From NCBI GenBank assembly GCA_036172245.1, contig JAYWIR010000073.1, forward strand, positions 124,001 through 188,000: DNA of 64,000 nt, given 5' to 3'. The notes beneath the pieces are model-generated. The model saw only the letters and a list, made by a program, of their open reading frames with translations. It had not been told where the DNA came from and did no database searches. This document shows, one piece after another, positions 1 to 12,605 of this stretch (positions are counted from its first letter, which is position 1; each line of letters opens with the position of its first letter). Position numbers and translations under genes: made by a program. The DNA is from Raillietiella orientalis (taxonomy: Eukaryota).

Positions 1-2174
1 CCAGAAGCTGCGCATCAGCACCAAAGGATGTCTGTCGTGTGTCTGAGACTATACCGACCATACCGACTCCAGTTCCAAATTTCGAACTCGGGTATCCCAG
101 ACGATCGAAATCCCGAAAGATCTTCGAACGGAACATATATGCTTATTATATATGTGGATACATAAATTTGCATGCAGACTGATGCATACAGTAACATGGA
201 AATGATGAAAAACAATATACATGCTTAATGACATATGGCATGATACGCATATTTATTTTCACGTACATGTTGATGAGAACCACACTGCTGCCAGTAAAAT
301 AATTTGCAACACACACCCACACACACACATCTTGGCATTCATAACCATGCAGATCATTAATACAATAAATAATGTCGCCATTATATGTCAATACGTATTA
401 CAAAGTAAAATGAATGGAGAGACGTATGTTCATTATATTAATACATGTAATAAACGTATACTTACATTGATTTTTTTTCACACGCACACGCACATCATAT
501 TATAGCTAAAATGCATGTATTCATGTTATTTCAATAATACATTTCAACCTATATGTCAATGTATACATGCACACATCTATTCGTGTGTGCATATACGTAT
601 ACATTCATACATACGTTTAGGCATAAATTCATATGTGCGTTACAATACATTATCAAAGTAATACTGCTACAATATGAGTATGATCTGCAATAAGTTCATC
701 ACGTTTATTGATACGTAGGTTCACAAATATAAATCGCAGAGATTACAGAAAATGAAATGCATGTTTGTTATACATATTGACATTTAACATCAATGATTCC
801 TATACGAACTTATCCAAGGACTGCCATGCATTGATAGGATGGATCACCGGCGTCGGTCTGCACTATACATACCGAGGATCACAAAAAAAAAAAAATAAGC
901 ACGCGCGTTTATTACGTACATAAATGCGTGACTGTACATGTAAGGAATATGCCCTGAACGAATCTGAGAATGCCGAATTTCGGACAGACAGCGGGAAGAG
1001 CGGCTGCAAATCGGGAACGGCAGGGGGGGGGGAGAAGGAAATCATGGAAGAAATTCAATGAGAAAAAAAAAAAAAAGGCAAGGAGGAACCCGCGCCACCC
1101 TTTTTTCCCTCCCCCCCCCCCCCCCCCTTTCCTTTCCTTTGCAGAACTGACGAAGTGGCACTTCCCCAGGAAATGACACTCGACGTTTTCGTCGGTTCGC
1201 TCCCTCGACGAGTTGGTACATCGTACGTCCACAAATTCCGCACTTGTACATTTCTTTCGTATGCATTTCTTATGTTCATGAATCTACATTAGTATGTGCA
1301 CATCAATTTATGATGCACACATTTTGAATTCTATTCGTTCAATAGTGACTATGAGTGAGAAAATAAAGTTGTATAATAATCCACAAATGAATATATACAT
1401 TAACGTACACAACGAGCACACAGATTTATTTTTTTCATCTCAAGAATACGTATCGACGCATGCATCAATCTACACCTCAACGTATGTACTAAGCACATGT
1501 ACATATATATATACTTAAAACTCAAACTTAAAACTATATATATATGGTTTTACGATCTTCCGGTACTTTGATGCTCACAGACATGAATGGTGCAGAAGCT
1601 GCGTATGCGATAGGATGGATTCGTCGTGTGTGAGGATCAAAGACACGATCGCAAGCTGTGCGATGTCATCGCGTTGTGACAGGCTGCGAGTTGCCTCGAG
1701 GGTCACCTCGGGTGCCCCGCAATCGTACAGAGTCGGGCCCTTCCACCCGTGTCGTGGAGCCTGGTGCGGCTCGCTTGGTCCTCAACTGCGAGGGTCGGCA
1801 AGCCGTACTCTCCTTGCGAGGACTGCGCTGAAGAGGAGTGACGAGACGCTGAAATGCGGGAGTGTCAGCCCGCTCGCTCAGGTCATCCTCCTGAATGGAG
1901 GACCAGGGAGCCTAGAGGGGGAAGGAGACGGATGGCCATCGACTTCCGCTGCGGAAATCTGGCTGTTGGATCCGCAGGCGTCCTGTAAGTTGCGTGCCAT
2001 GCACTTGTTCCTTCTGCCTTCTCCACGTGTGGAACCACGGAGGAAAGAAACTATGCAACCACTTGTGCAAGCTGCGTGGTCCAGGAGAAAGTAATTTTAT
2101 TGCACTGGTCATTTCCATGGCATAAACTCCGTGTGCCATGACACCGCGCGAGGGAGTCTCATGCAAGTCGGCAT

Positions 2175-2576
2175 CTATAAACCCATGTCTGACCGGAGCG
2201 CAAACGTCATTAACTTCCAGTACATCATCGCCATGTAAATGAGGTAGGCGTTGTCCTCGTAGTTCTTCTCTCGGTCGCCTACGCTCTGTAACAGAGCATC
2301 CACGAACTCGAACTCACAGAATTGAGTGGCTACGAGCAAGTCATACAAATCTCCGAAGGAACGGAATCCATGCCGCACGAGCAGTTGTCTCAACGGTGGG
2401 GTGACACCTGGGATGGTACCCACGTCATCACTCTGGTCTCCGTCACGTAAGAAATCCCAGAAGGCGACAGAAGAGAAGATGGCTTGGTTCTCTGGATTAC
2501 TGAGCGCTCTGTGTCGTATTCGGAAGATCCTATTTATGTCGGCGAATGCCATAGCAGCAACAGGAGAAACTGCCAT
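2175..2576 (-). CDS. Divergent barrier-to-autointegration factor (BAF/BANF)-like protein, 133 aa, single exon
   Basis: The segment SSVAFWDFL...VGTIPGV...L...L...GF...E..F...L....G aligns without gaps to human BAF residues ~3-68 as I recall them (matches at S4, D9, F10, V20, G21, G25, L30, L34, G38, F39, E56, F59, L63, G68). A W84 equivalent follows after a 4-aa insertion. The ORF is intact from ATG to stop. Confidence 0.65.
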   Translation of the reverse strand: MAVSPVAAMAFADINRIFRIRHRALSNPENQAIFSSVAFWDFLRDGDQSDDVGTIPGVTPPLRQLLVRHGFRSFGDLYDLLVATQFCEFEFVDALLQSVGDREKNYEDNAYLIYMAMMYWKLMTFALRSDMGL

Positions 2577-3399
2577 CGCTACGTCACTCGAAGAGGAAGA
2601 AATTCAGTTTTCGGGAGTTTTAGGGGGAGCGGCCAAACTGTGTGGGTATTCCAGGGGATTTGCAGGGGACTTCCAAGAAAGGGAGTAAAAGATGGGTGGT
2701 GGTGAAAGAGAAGTGTCGTTGTCTCGGAAACCACGTTTTTCTTCTCGATTGTTGTTTTTGTCTTTTTGTATATCATTTTTGCCTGCTTCTGTCTCCATAG
2801 CAGGAGGAGAAAGAAGCTTGCTCGCTTCCATTTCCCGGTGTCGCAGCCACCGCATCATTGGGAGCCACTCGGTGCTTCCGACAGTCACGCATTACGTTTC
2901 GGCCAAACTGTCGCAAAGAGGTCCGCGCGTTCGGCCGGCCGAAAGGAAGTTCTTTTTGGGGACGATGGAAAGGCTGCTTGCGTCTGCGCCGGCTGGAGGA
3001 CTGGAAGTCTTTTTTCTGGGGAAAGTGGGCGTGAGCCCACGAAGGGACGCTCGTTTTCGTTTGGCAGGAATGATGAGGTCCGATTTACCCTTATTGGCGC
3101 AAATTAGATCTGCCGGTGCCGCCGCAGATTAAAGCCGAGGTCCTCAATACGGAAAATTCCGAGTGTAGGAATCTCATAAGATCATGGAAAGTGAATATGT
3201 ACGCTTCCTATATATGTATATGTGCATGTGACGATATGTACAATTAATGAATGTATAACTGCGAAATTCCAAAAAATAGAAAATAAGAATTTCCACGTAT
3301 TTTTATTGACATCCTATTGCAAGACGATGTTGATGAAAAACGATCGTAAATAAAGGGAGGCATTTAATGCTCCGGTGGCCGTCGTTTAGTGATTCGAAG

Positions 3400-6300
3400 G
3401 ACTGTGGCTGCCCGTTCTGTGTCGCATGTGCTCCAGGAAAGACGCCAGGTCTCTTTGGCGATGAGTGGAACGGCGCCACGTGCAGCAGATAGGAAGGGAG
3501 TACGCCTCCCGCATCTCAAGCAAGGCTGAAAGCTACCCCGCGAACTCTTAGGGAGAAGAATCCGTGCACCGATTCCCTCTCTTCTTCCTTTGCGGCTTTG
3601 CTGCTTTCCCGCCCACTACTGCTCCTTTCGCCGTTTCCGTCTCCCCCCGCCCCTTCTTTTGTGGTCTTCTGCCTCCCGCGTGTCGGTTCTCCATGAATCT
3701 CGGAGTGCTGACTGGGGATCCGTGAGCTGCTCACGTCGTATTCCTCGCGACAGAAGCGCCCCGGAGCATCGGGTTTCTTGGTTTGGTCGCCACAGCCGTC
3801 TGGATGCCACTCCGTCCGGAGCATGGGAGGGGGTTCCGAAGCGACGAAGCTCGCGTGCGCGGTCGCGCCCTACCATCGAGGACCTATACCCCGCGGTGCA
3901 GGAGCGCTTCGTTCCTCATCCATGCCGGAAGGCCACTGCCCTCTCTTTCCGCGGTGATGCAATCGGAAACTCAGCTCTGAATGCGCAGTCATCTTGCGAG
4001 AGAAGCTGAGCTTCTCCAGAACAGCCATCCTCACTCCTTTTTCACTGGGGACAGCCGGTGCAATGGCTGCAGCAATCCTTGGCACTAGGTGCGCTCAGCA
4101 TGGTGGAAACGCAAGGGATATCGCAAGGGGGACCAAGTTCTGCAGCACTTAGGGTGCCGCGTTGCGTGCTATGTTCTGCTCCCGAAACGACGACTTCTGG
4201 TACACGGTGCACTTTGGAGCTCTGGGAAAAAAAGTCAGCAACGACCCCCAGCTGCCACCCCCCCCTTCTCCACCTTGCCAGACACTTCAACAACCAAGGG
4301 CTGATTTGCGGGAGACCGGAGCGCCTTGATCCAAGGTTGCCGAGTTTCCCCTTCTCTATCAGTCTACCAGAGCAGTGCAAGAAGTTTGTGCCCTCTGGCA
4401 GCTTCTGCTCATCATCTTGAGCCCGTGCAGAAGGGCGAATGATCCGGCGGAGCGAACCGGTCGTCAGAGACCTCCTCCTCGGTGGTTTGGAACTCGACGG
4501 CGAAGGAACATCCACAAGAAGGAGTCCACGGGAGGAAAGACAAGAAACGGTGGCAATCGTTGCCACAGACCATCCACCGGGACTCTCGAGAAAGTCTGCT
4601 ATCCCACCGGAGAGCTTCCGCGCTCGCCCATCGATCGGAAACAGGAGGCGATAAGAACGTTTCTCCTCCGGAAATCAGGAGGCTTCTGCGGACTCCACGG
4701 TATGCTTTCAATGCGTCCCGTCACTGGAGAATAGCGAAGAGTGCATCGGCCCATGTCTCTATCCACATTTCAAGCGGATGCTCCTTTAAGGGTCCGCCTT
4801 GAGGCTCCTCTTCTTTGGAGGCCCGCTGACATCCGTGGAATGTAAGTGCTTTCTTTGAGTCCTCAGGGAGCCCGTCTAACCGACCAGGAATCTCTTGGGC
4901 GGGAGCCCCACATCACATCAAGTAGGATGAAGCAGGCAATGGAGGATCATGTTTGATCATGTTTCTCTTAGGCTCCCTGAATTGCTGCAGTCCAAGGTAG
5001 CGATGAAGATGAACCATTGATTGCTCCGTCATCAGGAGTCCATGCCCTCGCTGGAAAATGCGACAGGAGGAAGTCGACCTTTCTTACCCTGCTCTCGACC
5101 TTTTGGCTGAGATCTGTCATTCCATCAAGAAGAAAAGTGGGGCAATGGATCGCTGGAGTGCAGAGCAACCGCAGTCGATCTTGCATTCCTCTCGAACCCT
5201 GGCGTCACAGCAGGCAGTAGACTCCCTTCTCGGGGAGGAACGCATTCCTCACCAACCGGGATCGCATCAGAGTACATCTTTGCAGACCTCCCCAACGCGC
5301 AAAGCACTTCCAGCTAAGTAACTGAATGGTGCCGTGCAGATGGTTACCTGTGCTGTGCGAAAGGAAGCTTCACGGTAGCAGCGTCGAGATGGACAGAGCG
5401 TTCGTCTGCACCTCGGTAGCGTTCAAAGGATTGCCCGAGGAGCGGGCACTGCTTGAGGAAGGCGCGCAAGCAGCTGAGACGTCACTGCAGCCAGCCGGTG
5501 CGCACCTCCTGCACAGCTCCTGGAGAAATCATTTCCACGCATGGTGGGCAATTCGGGAGGCTCATTTCCGGGCGATTTCGGTCGGTTTCGCGGGAAACTC
5601 GAGATCGCGGCACGTGCAGCGCAGGATGGCACGCGCGACCTCACACGCGTGGTACTCGGAGCAACACCACCGTATAAATGCAGCGGCTCGAACCACAGGG
5701 GCACAACAGAGAGCTGCATTTCCTCAGAGGTGAGCACCCCGTTCTTTTTGGGCAGCGCTGCTGAGCCCAGGCGCTCTTTATCGCATCTCCAATGTTGTCA
5801 CCCGTTTAGGTGACCGAATTGTCATTTGAGGGCATCCCAGCTGACCCCGCCATCTTGGCTCGCCGTTGTCGCCGAACCTCCTCCCTGTGCCGTAAGTCCC
5901 GTCCGCTCCTTCTCGAACTTCCTGTTCGTCTCTTTCCAGCTTCACTCAGCTCCGGGTGGAAGTGACCACTACCAACCACCATGTTCAAACAGAGTATGGC
6001 TTCGCTCCTTCTTGTACTGCTTGTTCTTGAGCTCCGTAAGTGCGGCGGTGGCAGGGCTTCCGACTGAGGCAAAGAGTGGAGCGCAAAGCGTGCCAGTGGT
6101 GCGGACGAAGGTTCTGGGAAGCTGTGCGAACGATCCTGGCGTGTCGATCGCCAGGATGGGAACATCCGCGTTGGTGGGGGCGCATTCCCACGTCGCGGTG
6201 CGAAGGCACGTCGCGGCAAGCCAGCCGCTTCCCGTTTCAGCGGAAGCGGCTCTCTTGCCACTACTGGGAGCGAGCCACTCTCAGTGGACATTTCTAGGTG

Positions 6301-7335
6301 TGGTTGATTGGAGACAACAACTGTGAATTTTTCAGTGATGGTCGCCAGGCAGATTGATTGCCAGAAGGACGACGACAAACCATATCGAAGAGGCAAACCG
6401 CATCAACTGAAGCACAAAAGCCATGGCTCGGCTCGCAATGAAGAGTAAGAAATCGGGGAAAAAACCACCATCCAAGAAGCCGTTTGTACGGCGCACGGTC
6501 AGCGCTTGCAGAGCGGCGCTCTAGGAGAGCACGCAGACGCACGGAGCGACCTCATGTGAAGACAAACGAGTGCCTCTGGAATTGCACGCTCCGTTGCTGC
6601 GCGACACGCGAGTTTCTGAGTTACGCCGGACTCCCTGAGCCGCTCCCAAGCGGCGTCCGTCCTAAGAGCTTCTTCCGCGTTTGCTCCGCAGAGTCCCGGT
6701 TTTGCGCCAGCGACCTTTCTGGCGGACTCAAGGAAGCTGCCCCTCTTTGCTGGCAAGGGAGTCGATCCATGAGCTCTCATGTGGAGGTTTGCCGCACCGA
6801 GTCGCACGTGGGGCATCTCTCTGACTCCTTCGCGGCGGTGTTTCTCTGTCGCAGCGCGTGGTCGCGTATCCCATGCCAAACGCTGCGGGCTTATCGAGCA
6901 GGTGGCGCTCCTTCGATTTGGACTTCCTTCTCGAGCGGCGAGCCTCTGCTCTCCCGAGAAGGACTTGTTCATCCCGATGCTGGGAACGGGAAGCGCACTG
7001 TGCGATCGGGCTGCCAATGTGTCAACGCTGCGTGGCAGAGGCTAGCAGTGTTCTCTGCCGGGACCTCGTTTCTCCTCAACCACCTTGGTGCTCGATCCGC
7101 ATCAACGTTCCGTTTTCAGGGAAGAACCGGATGCGGGAGAGGAAGATGGCAACGGAGATGTGTCGGAACGCATCCGGTGCACGAAAGACTCCGATTGCAG
7201 ATGGCCCTTCATGTGCATCCTGGAAGTTTGTCAACTATGAGGAGATGCCCTTGGTCTCGGAGCATCACGCTGTTGCCGCGCGAAGATTTAGAGCTCGGTC
7301 TGAGAGCGGACGTCTCTGAATAAAAGCAATGAGTT
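3400..7335 (+). mobile_element. Decayed L1/Tx1-type LINE (family D copy 1) with a near-complete but degenerate ORF2 (APE endonuclease, RT, zinc finger)
   Basis: Degenerate motifs in the expected order: WKRKG..VLL(P/Q)ET ~4100-4190; LLLGG ~4470; PIDR ~4630; SAH ~4745; ASLLLVLLVLE (LSPLLF-like) ~6000; GADE in place of YADD ~6100; FLGV ~6290; CQRC..E ~7020; AATAAA ~7320. Many stops and frameshifts. The 5' boundary is uncertain. Confidence 0.6.
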
Positions 7336-7349
7336 TGAGACTTTTGTTC

Positions 7350-9945
7350 GTTGAAGGCAGCGGAAGGGAAGCTGTCAGCGGGTGAAAGTCAGCAGCCTCT
7401 GGATGTGAGGGACGGGAGGCTGTTTCAAGCCATTCTTCTGGGTGCAGTAGGGAATACAAGGAAATTCCAGAATTTTCGACGCTGGCACCCTCTGGGTCTT
7501 GCTTCCCGGAGAGGGTGTACCGTTCGGCCTCCGGCTGCTCCTGCTCGCGGAGCACCGCCAGCAGGGTGCCAGCATCGCTGGCTGGAGGAGCGCACGAAGC
7601 GCGCTCTGAATGCCGAAAGCCTCTCTTCCCGGCAGCTTTGGTAGGGTTCGAGCACCGATGCCATCGTACGGGATTCAGTCGTCGCGTCCAACGCTACGGA
7701 GCACGCTTCCGAGCATTAGTAAGGTCCCCTGGCAACCTCAGGAACTCTGTTCCGCACGAGCGGTGGATTCGGTGTTCTCCCTCCAGCGTGGTGAGGGATC
7801 CCTCGAAAGGTCTGGATGTGCATTCCACGCTGCAAGGGACGCGCACCAGCTCTCCCACTCCTCCTGGAGCCGGACCGCTGCGCGCCAGCGCGTCCAACGG
7901 CGTCAAAAGGATGATAACGCTGAGGTGCTGCTGTAACCTCCAGCTGCCAGTGAGCATGAAAGAAATAGACGAGGACATCCTGGGGCATTTGGCCACGCCG
8001 GTAACTTCCCGCCCATTGAAGGATTGACCGCTTCCGAAGAGTCCCCGTTGAACCGGATTGCGTGTTTCAAGACCTCACCGAAAGCCGCATGCGGCGGGCT
8101 GACGCGGGTCTCGATCGCCCGCAGCGATCGACCAGCGCTATCATGTTCCAGGAGGAACCGCGGTCCGGCGAGGACTGCCCTCTTCCGCTGTCATCTGCTC
8201 TGCTTTTAAGCGGCTTCGACCTTCGACGACTCGGCGAGAGCACGCAGGTCTCCCGCGAGCGGGAAGAGAGAGCGCGTAGGTCCTGGAGTTCGACAGGACA
8301 CCGGTGCCCTGGGAACCTCATTTCGACCACAGGCATGGCAGTCCCAGGGGAACAAGACACCGAAAACCGGTAGCACGTCCATCCGCGTGAATCCCAGGGA
8401 ACAGTCTATGCGTTTCTCTCTAGCCCAAACAGCCCCGCGTTGGCGACTTTTCGGAAGACATTTCCTTGGCAACCACCCGTCCGGGGAAGCCGGCCTGACT
8501 ACGAATTCCGTCCTCAGCATCTTCCAACCGCTTCCTACAGCGTGATTACATCTTTTTGTTTTTCTACTCCCTCATCTCTAGAGCAAAACGACCGGCAATC
8601 CGGGATGTTGCCGTCGCGTGCAACAGAGATAACGTTCGCACCTCTTTGGGACTTCCACTCTCGGTTGCTACGGCTCGCAGAAGTGGTTTCCCGTTCGAGT
8701 GCTCTATCGGAGGTCACGCAGTGACCCTGAGCTGTGGCAACGCGCGCTCCTTCGCCTCCGCTCTCCTGAGAGGTTTCCTCATCTCTCCTTGGGTGCCTCC
8801 GATTCCTTCTTCGAGGCACCATGGTGACCGACAGTGAATGACTCTCCCTCCCCCTTGCTTAGTGCCATTCATTGGAGGAGGCGAAAAGAAAATACTTTGC
8901 TTGCAGCAGATGCAGACGCAGCGGCACCAAATTCCTTCCGGTATGAGGAGCCCGTCGATTTCCATGTCCTCCAGGTGTGCTTCCGCCGCCCGCTTGCTTG
9001 CATCTTTTCTAGGAGGGCGATCCGACGCTCCGCTCTCCACCGTTCCGCATATTTTGACCGTGAAAGCACTCCACGGCCGACTGACGCCTGAATTCTCTTC
9101 AGGTTGTCCGTCCGGCCTTCCTCAAGTCTTTGTGCGCCTCTCCCCGATCTCGGCCTGCATGACCACTTGAACAAACGACTCTTGCAGTCGTGGGGTCGGG
9201 TTCTAACCAAGCGGCTCTGTTTCTACGGTTCTTCTACTCTAGTAGTGCCTCCCATCTTTCTTAGCGGCTAGGCCAACGCCGAGATTTCCTGCCGAAGTGA
9301 ATGCGCTTTCTCTCTCAAAACGGAATCGGTCAACTCCGTCTCCCTACCGTTAACTCGACCTGCATGCAAATACAGCCAAACGCTACCACTCCGGTGAGTC
9401 GCCCCTGCGTTCTTGGTCAGGCGGGAGGGCCTCCGCAGACTGTTTTCCTCAGGTGACCCTACGCCTCCACCGCTCCTTTGGCATTGCATCAGGAGGCTGA
9501 CCAGTTTCACATTTCTTGAGCAAGGAAAACGCCCAGATTCGAGGCATAGATGCTGTCCACTGGAAGAGAGTCCCTGTTGTACTTCCTGGAACTGCAGCAC
9601 CTGGCCACGGGAATCTGTCGATACCTGGGCACGGGTGTGCGACGTATCGATCGGATGGAAAAATCTGCCTACTGTTCCGCACCTATGAACGGCCCCCTTG
9701 GGGAGGCGATGACCCATCCGAAACCGTGGACCCGCACATCCGGCACACCTTCGGCCATTGCGTTTTCTTCTCGGACGCTCAGCAGCGGCGGTTGAAAACA
9801 GGCAGGCAGTCTGGGAGGCCTCCTTTCCTTGAATGAAACGTCCAGGCATGCAAATAACATTCCCGTGTGTGCGTGTATGTGATGACTTATCTCTCGCATT
9901 GATAGTCATTAATGAGAGATACAATCAAAATAAAAAAAAAGAGAA
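7350..9945 (+). mobile_element. Decayed L1/Tx1-type LINE ORF2 fragment ending in an A-rich tail
   Basis: PVSMKEIDEDILGHL (RT N-terminal region) ~7950; LLLSGFDLRRLG (ISLLN.DYK-like) ~8200; QSGM ~8600; SLGLPL ~8645; LLW..IRRL...RCCPLEES..C zinc-finger remnant ~9470-9600; A-run at ~9927-9945. Confidence 0.5.
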
Positions 9946-10319
9946 ATTCAGACGATGGAAATCCTTTTAGTTCCTTTCTACCTTTTCTGTTTTCCTTTCA
10001 GCTTTTTCTGGTTCGCTGAGTACCTCAAAAACCCTCGCGCCCCTGACAGACACTCACGCAGCTCTTCAACGCTGCTCCATGCCCCCTGAGGCTGCATGGA
10101 ATTATTCAAGATAGGGGGTACCCCCGGGAGGGAGTCATCCTATAAATCCAGGAAGGGTACCGGAGAAGGGAGTTCAGTTCCTCTCACACCTGGGGAGGGA
10201 TTCCCGAGGGGAACATTCCTCCCTGGTTGTCTCCGAAGGGAACTCCGAAGAGAAATCTTCCCTTTCTTATTCTCTTAGGAGGGAACCCGCAAAGGATCCG
10301 CTATTAGGAATTTCTTCCT

Positions 10320-10815
10320 CGGAGGGTGAATCCGGACTGTCACAGGTGCGGGGAAAGGGAATCCCTGCCGCATTTTCTAGTTGACTATGTTGCCCTCCGA
10401 CCCCTACGGGAATGTTTCGGGACGGCCTTCGGTATCCCGGTTAGCACCCCCCAGGGCGTATTACGGCTCTACTTCGTGCGGGACGCCATCCAGTCCGCAG
10501 TTCGCTTCCTGAGGAGAGCTGCCAGATGGTCCCATCTGGGGATCATTCGGACGGTCCTTGCTGGCATCCTGGAACGGATGCAGACTCCCTCCAATTGAAA
10601 GTGATCCCTTCCCGACCCTCTCAAGTGTTTTCGCTTATTTTTATTTATTCTTCTTTTTTTGATTTTTGTTTTCTTCCATCCCCCCCCGCTGCCGAGGTGA
10701 GCCCGCCGGACTGCGTACCGGCAGGTCCACTGTTGAACTGGAAGTAGTGAGTCCTCGTACCACGAAAACTGCAAGTTTATTGAAATCAATGAACGCCCTG
10801 GCGTGACCGGGTGGA
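10320..10815 (+). mobile_element. L1/Tx1-type LINE family A, 3' fragment (zinc finger and 3' UTR)
   Basis: CHRCGERESLPHFLVD zinc finger. The downstream ORF end and 3' UTR are homologous to 25130-25720 and 28870-29460. Confidence 0.8.
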
Positions 10816-11399
10816 CAACTCTGGAGGGAACCCCCTGCAAGAGAACCGCTCCTGTTTCCTCCTCTTAAGAGAACCCCAAAGGGACGTTTCCGAAATGTCT
10901 CCGAAGGGCGGTCCCCGAAGGGAGTGGCACGCTTCTTTGCACAACCGGACGGGAATCCCCCACTTCTTGGTTCTGTTTCCTGGAAAGACCCCAGGGAATC
11001 GACTCCTAATCCCAGCCATTCGCAACCGGTGCCAGTGTACCTGAATGAATGCAGGCCAAACAGCGTCATCTCGCGGGAGGAACACGAACCCACGACTCAC
11101 CCCTCCATCTCTCGGCGTCGATCCTTTCCGAGTGTTTGAAACCACGACGCCTGGTGGGTGCCACGCGCGGAGACCTCAGCAGCCACGTGGCCTCTGATGC
11201 GGGCCACCAACCATTGATAAAAAAAATTTTTTTTTTTTGATCTTGCGCAAAGAAAGCAATCATCCTCTTCCGCCCTAGAAATTTCCATTTGTCGGTTGCT
11301 CGCTCCTCAGTTTGTCCGTTGCCCCATTGCTGCTTAATTTAGCTAGTGATAGAGATGGGGATGATTGATTTATAGGGGCTTGGAGTGGTAACTACAACC

Positions 11400-12592
11400 G
11401 TTCACCTCCTTTGCGAGCTTTTCCGCTCACCCCCATGTGACTTTTCCATGCCCTGTCCTTGGGTGCGTCGCCAGGCCTCAGCATCCAACGACGGCCACTG
11501 GCGTTGGAAAGGGCACGGCAGCCAAAAGTGGGTGGCAGCTACCGGTATTCCCCATGCTCCCGCATCCTGGAGATCCTCAGCTCCACTGGCAGGCGACGAC
11601 TCCACGAGCTGAGTACAGCGCTGTTCATCAGTCGTCGCGATGCTGGGAAGATTCGGATCCACTCTTCAGAAGATGCACAAAGTACGAAGAGCGGGATCAG
11701 CGACAAGGTTTCGTTCTTCGATTGAGCATTTTCCATCGTGCGAACCCCGTTAGCAGGTGCCTCATCCTCGGACGCATCCCACAAACGCAAGAAGAGCATT
11801 GGCAGACGAATAGTACGCTGACAAAGTGAAGATTTCGGCAATATGGATAATCTGGGAACGGCGAACGCCCGCACCGCAAGGGAAAGACGCCTCGTGCCTC
11901 CCAGGCTACCGCACTGGACAGCTATATTCTTCCATCGGAAAAGCGAGATGGTGACCGCGTGGCCAGACCAACCCGGGAGAGGACGAGAACGCTCCTCACG
12001 TGACTTTGGACGCAAGGAATTCCAATGCGTGTGAAGGAACGTGCACGGCGACGGCCTTGCAGCTGTGGCGAAGCACCGGAAGGCGTGCTTCCCTGACACC
12101 CGTCTTGCACCCATGCCGCCTTCGGTGGCAAATTCAGGCCAACACTGTCGGCCAGATGATCACCGCACTCGCACAGGAGAGGCGGCCCATGGGCACGCAT
12201 CGACACTTTGACGTCCCAGGAGACGATCTGTCACCCTGTAATTCGAAAGCTTCCTTCCCGCGGGAGACCCCTCCTGAGCATGCGCGAAACGACTCCAACT
12301 GGGGACACTGGGGCGTACGTCTGAAAGGGGATCCCTCCATGGAGTCGGGCGCACGCCCGAATCCATGGAGGGATCTCCCAGGCAGATCCAAAGTTGATTC
12401 ACCAGCAAACCAAGGCAACACAACGTTTCACCAATGTTCCAAACTTATAATTCAGAGCACACAGAGGTCAGTCCATCAGCAAAGGAAGGTGAACGCCGGT
12501 GAGCAAACTCCGAACAGCTCACGTCCCTTTCCAGAGTCCCTTTTTCCCCTTGTGCGAAACTTCCACTGGAATGAGGGCACTCCCAGGAACTG
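11400..12592 (-). mobile_element. Decayed L1-type LINE 3' portion abutting the aldo-keto reductase stop codon
   Basis: QFLGVP (RT domain 7-like) at ~12590, NVVLPW downstream, and a CSSCVCG..RHLL zinc-finger-like remnant at ~11790. Confidence 0.45.
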
Positions 12593-12605
12593 ACGCATCC
12601 CATCT

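Noticed and set aside
1990..2125. Plus-strand Cys/His string CTCSFC...CNH resembling a SWIM finger
   Set aside because: Very short, directly follows a stop codon, and has no supporting upstream transposase or exon structure.
4100..4150. GISQGGPSSAAL resembling the RT motif GVRQGCPLS
   Set aside because: A neighbouring frame gives APE endonuclease motifs in the correct order and at the expected distance from the RT at ~6 kb, which explains the region better.
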